From assembly GCA_035389185.1 (NCBI GenBank), contig DAOORK010000001.1, forward strand, positions 331,825-395,824: a stretch of 64,000 bases of DNA, given 5' to 3'. Under the pieces are notes generated by a model. It searched no databases and had not been told where the DNA came from. It was given only the letters and a program-made list of their open reading frames with translations. Below are positions 60,741-64,000 of this stretch, in pieces. This DNA comes from Candidatus Woesebacteria bacterium (GTDB lineage: Bacteria > Patescibacteriota > Microgenomatia > UBA1400 > MFAQ01). The position numbers and the translations under genes are program-made. The first letter of the stretch is position 1; every line of letters starts with the position of its first letter.

Positions 60741-61700
60741 CTACTGGCACATAATACTATCAATGACGTCACCTGTTGTTTCGTCTTCTATCCCGGAAAT
60801 GGGTGCGTAGTCCTCCATGGGTTTTGCAGGGTTCGGAGCAACATACTTAACTTCTTTGTTTAAATGAATTTTTGCATTAGTAAGTGAGATCATTTTTTGA
60901 CCCTTTAGCCAGTTATCAAAACCAGTCCAAGATAGATCTTTTGAACAAAGTACCTTCTCGTACTCTTGCCACCATTCAAGACGAGTACCTCCAAGATATG
61001 CATGAGAAACAATGATCATATTGTCAGGCTTTTTTGCGATACTTTGAGCAAGGATCTTGCCAAACTCCTTGGCATCCGCTCCTCTAGCCCAGAGACTGTA
61101 ATCACAAAGAGAGCCTCTTCCCATTGGCTCTCCAACATCAACATTGGTGACAGATATAACTTTTGTCTTGTATTCAAGTGGTTGGTAGACAACAGCTTCG
61201 ACATCTTGAGTGCCGCGACCGAGGATGTATTGAATACCTAAAGCGTCGGCTGCTTTTAATGTTGTTTCGTCATAGGCAAAATAACGACTGCCAAAGACTC
61301 TCATTTCTTTGCCCGTAATACTTTCTACTGTTTCTTTGGCTTCTTTTAAATATTTGTATTGGTCGTCGTAAGACATATCCCAGAATGGGGCTACATCATA
61401 ACCACCAGCAATCTCGTAACCTTTGTTTGCTAGGCGTTTGAATACTTCAGGATTCTCTTTGAGGACATTATCTTGAACTTTGACAAGGGCAGTAAGATTG
61501 CGTGAATCTAACTGTTTTTCCCACTGAAGAACCCCATCTATGCTTTCAAACTCAATGAGCATAAGCATAGTATTAATTGGTCGATTGATAATTTTCTTGT
61601 TGATTTTTGAATTGAAGAAAATAAGAGAAGCTATTAATGAAAAGAGTAATATGAGCAAAAGAATGGCACACTTTTTTAATAGGTAGGACTTCTTTTTCAT
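60741..61700 (-). CDS. Membrane-anchored polysaccharide-deacetylase-fold protein (degenerate metal site)
   Basis: TM; NPEVFKRLANKGYEIA, QY..L...KE.VE.ITGK..R.F. Canonical DD and H-x3-H residues are absent. Confidence 0.6.
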   Translation of the reverse strand: MKKKSYLLKKCAILLLILLFSLIASLIFFNSKINKKIINRPINTMLMLIEFESIDGVLQWEKQLDSRNLTALVKVQDNVLKENPEVFKRLANKGYEIAGGYDVAPFWDMSYDDQYKYLKEAKETVESITGKEMRVFGSRYFAYDETTLKAADALGIQYILGRGTQDVEAVVYQPLEYKTKVISVTNVDVGEPMGRGSLCDYSLWARGADAKEFGKILAQSIAKKPDNMIIVSHAYLGGTRLEWWQEYEKVLCSKDLSWTGFDNWLKGQKMISLTNAKIHLNKEVKYVAPNPAKPMEDYAPISGIEDETTGDVIDSIMCQ

Positions 61701-62857
61701 TTTTTTTGATAATTGTTAAAGATATATGAAGCAATAAACGTGGTTATAGGAACTGCCAAAACGAGACCAATGCTACCAACCATTGTCCTGACAACTTCGT
61801 CGGCAATTATTTCATAGTTTATTAATTCAGAAAAAGGTCTTGGGTTATCTACAAACAAAAGAAGTAATGGAAGTGCTGCTCCCGCATAAACCAGTATTAG
61901 AGTATTTACCATAGATGCGATATGGTCTTTACCAACAGACATGGCCTTTAAATATAGATCTTTGGATTTTAATTGTGAATTAGCGAGTTTTAGTTCTTGA
62001 ACAATGGCTGACTGTGAGATGGTAATGTCGTCGAGCACTCCAAGAACTCCAATAATTATGCCTGCCAGAAGAAGTCCTTTGATGTTTATGGTCCCTTCTT
62101 TGAAAACATTTAAAAACCCAGCTTCTTCAGATGCAAAACCCGTGAGTTTTGTCGCTTCTACAAAAAGAGAGGCGAGAATCCCGGTAACTACGAGAGAGAT
62201 TAGAGTGCTGACGATGGCGATAAGAGTTTTTCTATTAAAGCCATGCGACAAGAAAAAAGTAACGGGAATTATGGCAAATGAACCAAGTATGGCAATTGTG
62301 ACTGGATCGCTTCCGCTATATATACTAGGAAGAATGAACTTAAGAATCACCAGAAAAGAAATAGCCATACCCAGAATTGAACTCAGACCTTTCCACTTTC
62401 CGATAATGACGGTAGTCACAACAAACAAAAGAAACAACATTAAAAGAGGAGTTCTGCGAACGTAATCGGTAATGAGATATGTTTCACTTCCAGTAGAATC
62501 TTTCGCATAGACAATGACTACTTCATCCCCAACCATATACAAAGTATTACTTCCCTGATATGCGTCGCCGCTTTCTATGTTTATTGTTTCCCCTTTTTGG
62601 GATCCTTTGGTAACTTGTATTTCTAGTTGCTGATATAACTGTTCTTTGGAGTTTCCTGAAGGAGAAATTCGTCTCTGGCCTGTAATTTTGATGATTTTCC
62701 CTTCAAGTGTTTCTTCTTGATAGTCAGTTACCGCTTTCTGTTCGCTAGTTATTAAAATTGCTTCGTCTGTTGCTGTCTTGGCATATACAATTGGGGTTGA
62801 AAATAATGAATATACGAATAGCGAAAAACAGACAAAAACTGTGGAAGTATTTTTCAT
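61697..62857 (-). CDS. YibE/F family membrane protein
   Basis: DYVR..PL, GIIIGVLGVLDDITISQ, VGKDHIASMVNTLILVYAG, GSIGLVLAVPITT. Confidence 0.92.
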   Translation of the reverse strand: MKNTSTVFVCFSLFVYSLFSTPIVYAKTATDEAILITSEQKAVTDYQEETLEGKIIKITGQRRISPSGNSKEQLYQQLEIQVTKGSQKGETINIESGDAYQGSNTLYMVGDEVVIVYAKDSTGSETYLITDYVRRTPLLMLFLLFVVTTVIIGKWKGLSSILGMAISFLVILKFILPSIYSGSDPVTIAILGSFAIIPVTFFLSHGFNRKTLIAIVSTLISLVVTGILASLFVEATKLTGFASEEAGFLNVFKEGTINIKGLLLAGIIIGVLGVLDDITISQSAIVQELKLANSQLKSKDLYLKAMSVGKDHIASMVNTLILVYAGAALPLLLLFVDNPRPFSELINYEIIADEVVRTMVGSIGLVLAVPITTFIASYIFNNYQKK

Positions 62858-62860
62858 AAA

Positions 62861-63139
62861 TTACTGTCTCTCAAGCCTAATTGCCTTTCCATTGATCAAA
62901 GCGTCGGCAATTTTCTGATTGGCACTATCTAATATTCTAGCGAAGGTTGGCTGAGAAATTTTCATTTTTTCGGCAGCTTCTGTTTGTGAGACATTATCTA
63001 CTTCATAAAGTTTAAGGGCTTCGAGCTCATCAGCTCCCAAACTAACCTCTTCAAGCAAACGAAGAGGAATGCCTTGAGGCTTGAAGTACGACACTTTCGG
63101 ACTAAACCGAACACATCGGGGAATTTTTCGTCTTGTCAT
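62861..63139 (-). CDS. DUF134 family HTH regulator
   Basis: FKPQGIP...LEEV.L..DELEALKL.....SQTEAAEKM.ISQPTFARIL..A..KIADAL..GKAI. Confidence 0.92.
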   Translation of the reverse strand: MTRRKIPRCVRFSPKVSYFKPQGIPLRLLEEVSLGADELEALKLYEVDNVSQTEAAEKMKISQPTFARILDSANQKIADALINGKAIRLERQ

Positions 63140-63152
63140 ACTAATTTTGTTA

Positions 63153-63347
63153 CTATTTACTGTCGGAAACTAACTTCTTTGATTTTATTTGTTTTCCAAG
63201 ACCTAAACCTAACCCCTTACTCCATCTACATCCTCGTCCACGGCCTTGAACAATACCACTTCTATCTGCCTCAGGAACACACACACCACGACCTCTTCCC
63301 GTCTTTGATCCTTCTCCTCGAGGACCTGTTTTGTCTAAATTTGGCAT
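63153..63347 (-). CDS. DUF5320-like small Gly/Arg-rich protein
   Basis: MPNLDKTGPRGEG..TGRGRG.C. Confidence 0.8.
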   Translation of the reverse strand: MPNLDKTGPRGEGSKTGRGRGVCVPEADRSGIVQGRGRGCRWSKGLGLGLGKQIKSKKLVSDSK

Positions 63348-63365
63348 TTTTTTGATAATTATTAA

Positions 63366-63387
63366 TGAATACTTATTCAGTATATCA
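63366..63387 (-). promoter_or_regulatory. Extended -10 (TGA-TATACT) with adjacent palindrome TGAAT-N4-ATTCA (candidate DUF134 operator)
   Basis: agtata-tca 63379-63387; inverted repeat 63366-63379 over the expected start site. Confidence 0.5.
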
Positions 63388-63533
63388 TAAATGTATTTTT
63401 TGTGCTCAATAAAAAACGTGGCTTATTTACTATCTCGTTAGTCCTAATTATCCTCAAAAATGATACTGTTATATCGATATGCGAATGTTAATCCCAGATG
63501 ACTGACAGATAAATATTGTTTGAAAAACCGCAT

Positions 63534-64000
63534 CTAACGAGCGCCGGTTTTGAAAGCCCGCTTTGTGAGTTGACTCATTTGGTAAAGATCATCAAGGGTG
63601 AGATCAATCTCATTATTAACTAAATACCAATCAATAGCTCCAAGAATGTCGGCAAGTTCGCAGAGAACTAATAATTTTTGCTTTTCAAAAACTGCATCTT
63701 GAAGTTCGTAGACTTCTTCAAATATTTTTAAAATTGAACCGATTTTTGTTTTGGGAATATCCAGATTTTTATGATAACCAGTTTTCTTTTCCAGACTGAT
63801 AACCTGAGAAAGCCTTGGTAGAGCACAACCGGTTGCGTAGATATATTTAATACTTTTATTATTTAAAGTGAACTCTCTGATTCCATATGAACCCAATTCG
63901 ATGTCGGTATTTTCGGAATAAATGTCGTATGAACCATTAGCTAGGGCAATTTCTTTGACGGGAATAAACTGAACAAAAAAGTCTTTGGCAATATTGATTA
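63534..64000 (-). CDS. Partial fusion protein: class II aaRS-like catalytic C-terminus plus MazG/HisE-like NTP pyrophosphohydrolase
   Basis: Frame open to the window end. DIELGSYGIRE...YIYATGCALPRLS (motif-3-like), then GYH...KIFEEVYELQDA...CELADILGAI...LTKRAF..G.R. Confidence 0.55.
   Translation of the reverse strand, partial: INIAKDFFVQFIPVKEIALANGSYDIYSENTDIELGSYGIREFTLNNKSIKYIYATGCALPRLSQVISLEKKTGYHKNLDIPKTKIGSILKIFEEVYELQDAVFEKQKLLVLCELADILGAIDWYLVNNEIDLTLDDLYQMSQLTKRAFKTGAR

Overview
Chromosomal window of an AT-rich, gene-dense bacterium using the standard code (TGA = stop). Gene content and style (minimal TsaB, many GT-C glycosyltransferases, sortase, leaderless genes) point to a Patescibacteria/CPR organism, probably Microgenomates; this is inference only. 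1-24.6 kb is a surface-glycosylation locus: about 8 GT-C-fold membrane glycosyltransferases, 5 other GT2 and 1 GT4, 3 polyprenol-phosphate sugar synthases (one fused to GtrA), a Wzx flippase, a methyltransferase and an embedded oligoribonuclease. 25-32 kb holds trmD, a membrane nitroreductase, a SurA-like chaperone and dTDP-rhamnose genes. 32-40 kb is a surface-display cluster: sortase, a ~1020-aa LPATG adhesin-like protein and several proteins sharing a 'VLG' motif. 40-59.7 kb is mostly housekeeping (ftsEX with a C39-type hydrolase, prfB, MacAB-like ABC, nfo, secA, serS, greA) plus a standalone XopQ/HopQ1-like nucleoside-hydrolase-fold gene. After tRNA-Glu(CTC) come a DUF5320/DUF134/YibE-F/ZupT operon and a truncated class II aaRS-like/MazG-like fusion. 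Most notable: a GT-C fused to a PBP2a-like non-catalytic domain; the sortase/LPxTG/VLG cluster next to the glycosylation locus; two +1G homopolymer frameshifts in surface genes; a structured ~160-nt intergenic element; pervasive leaderless and bidirectional promoters. All family calls are by eye from motifs; no database search was run.
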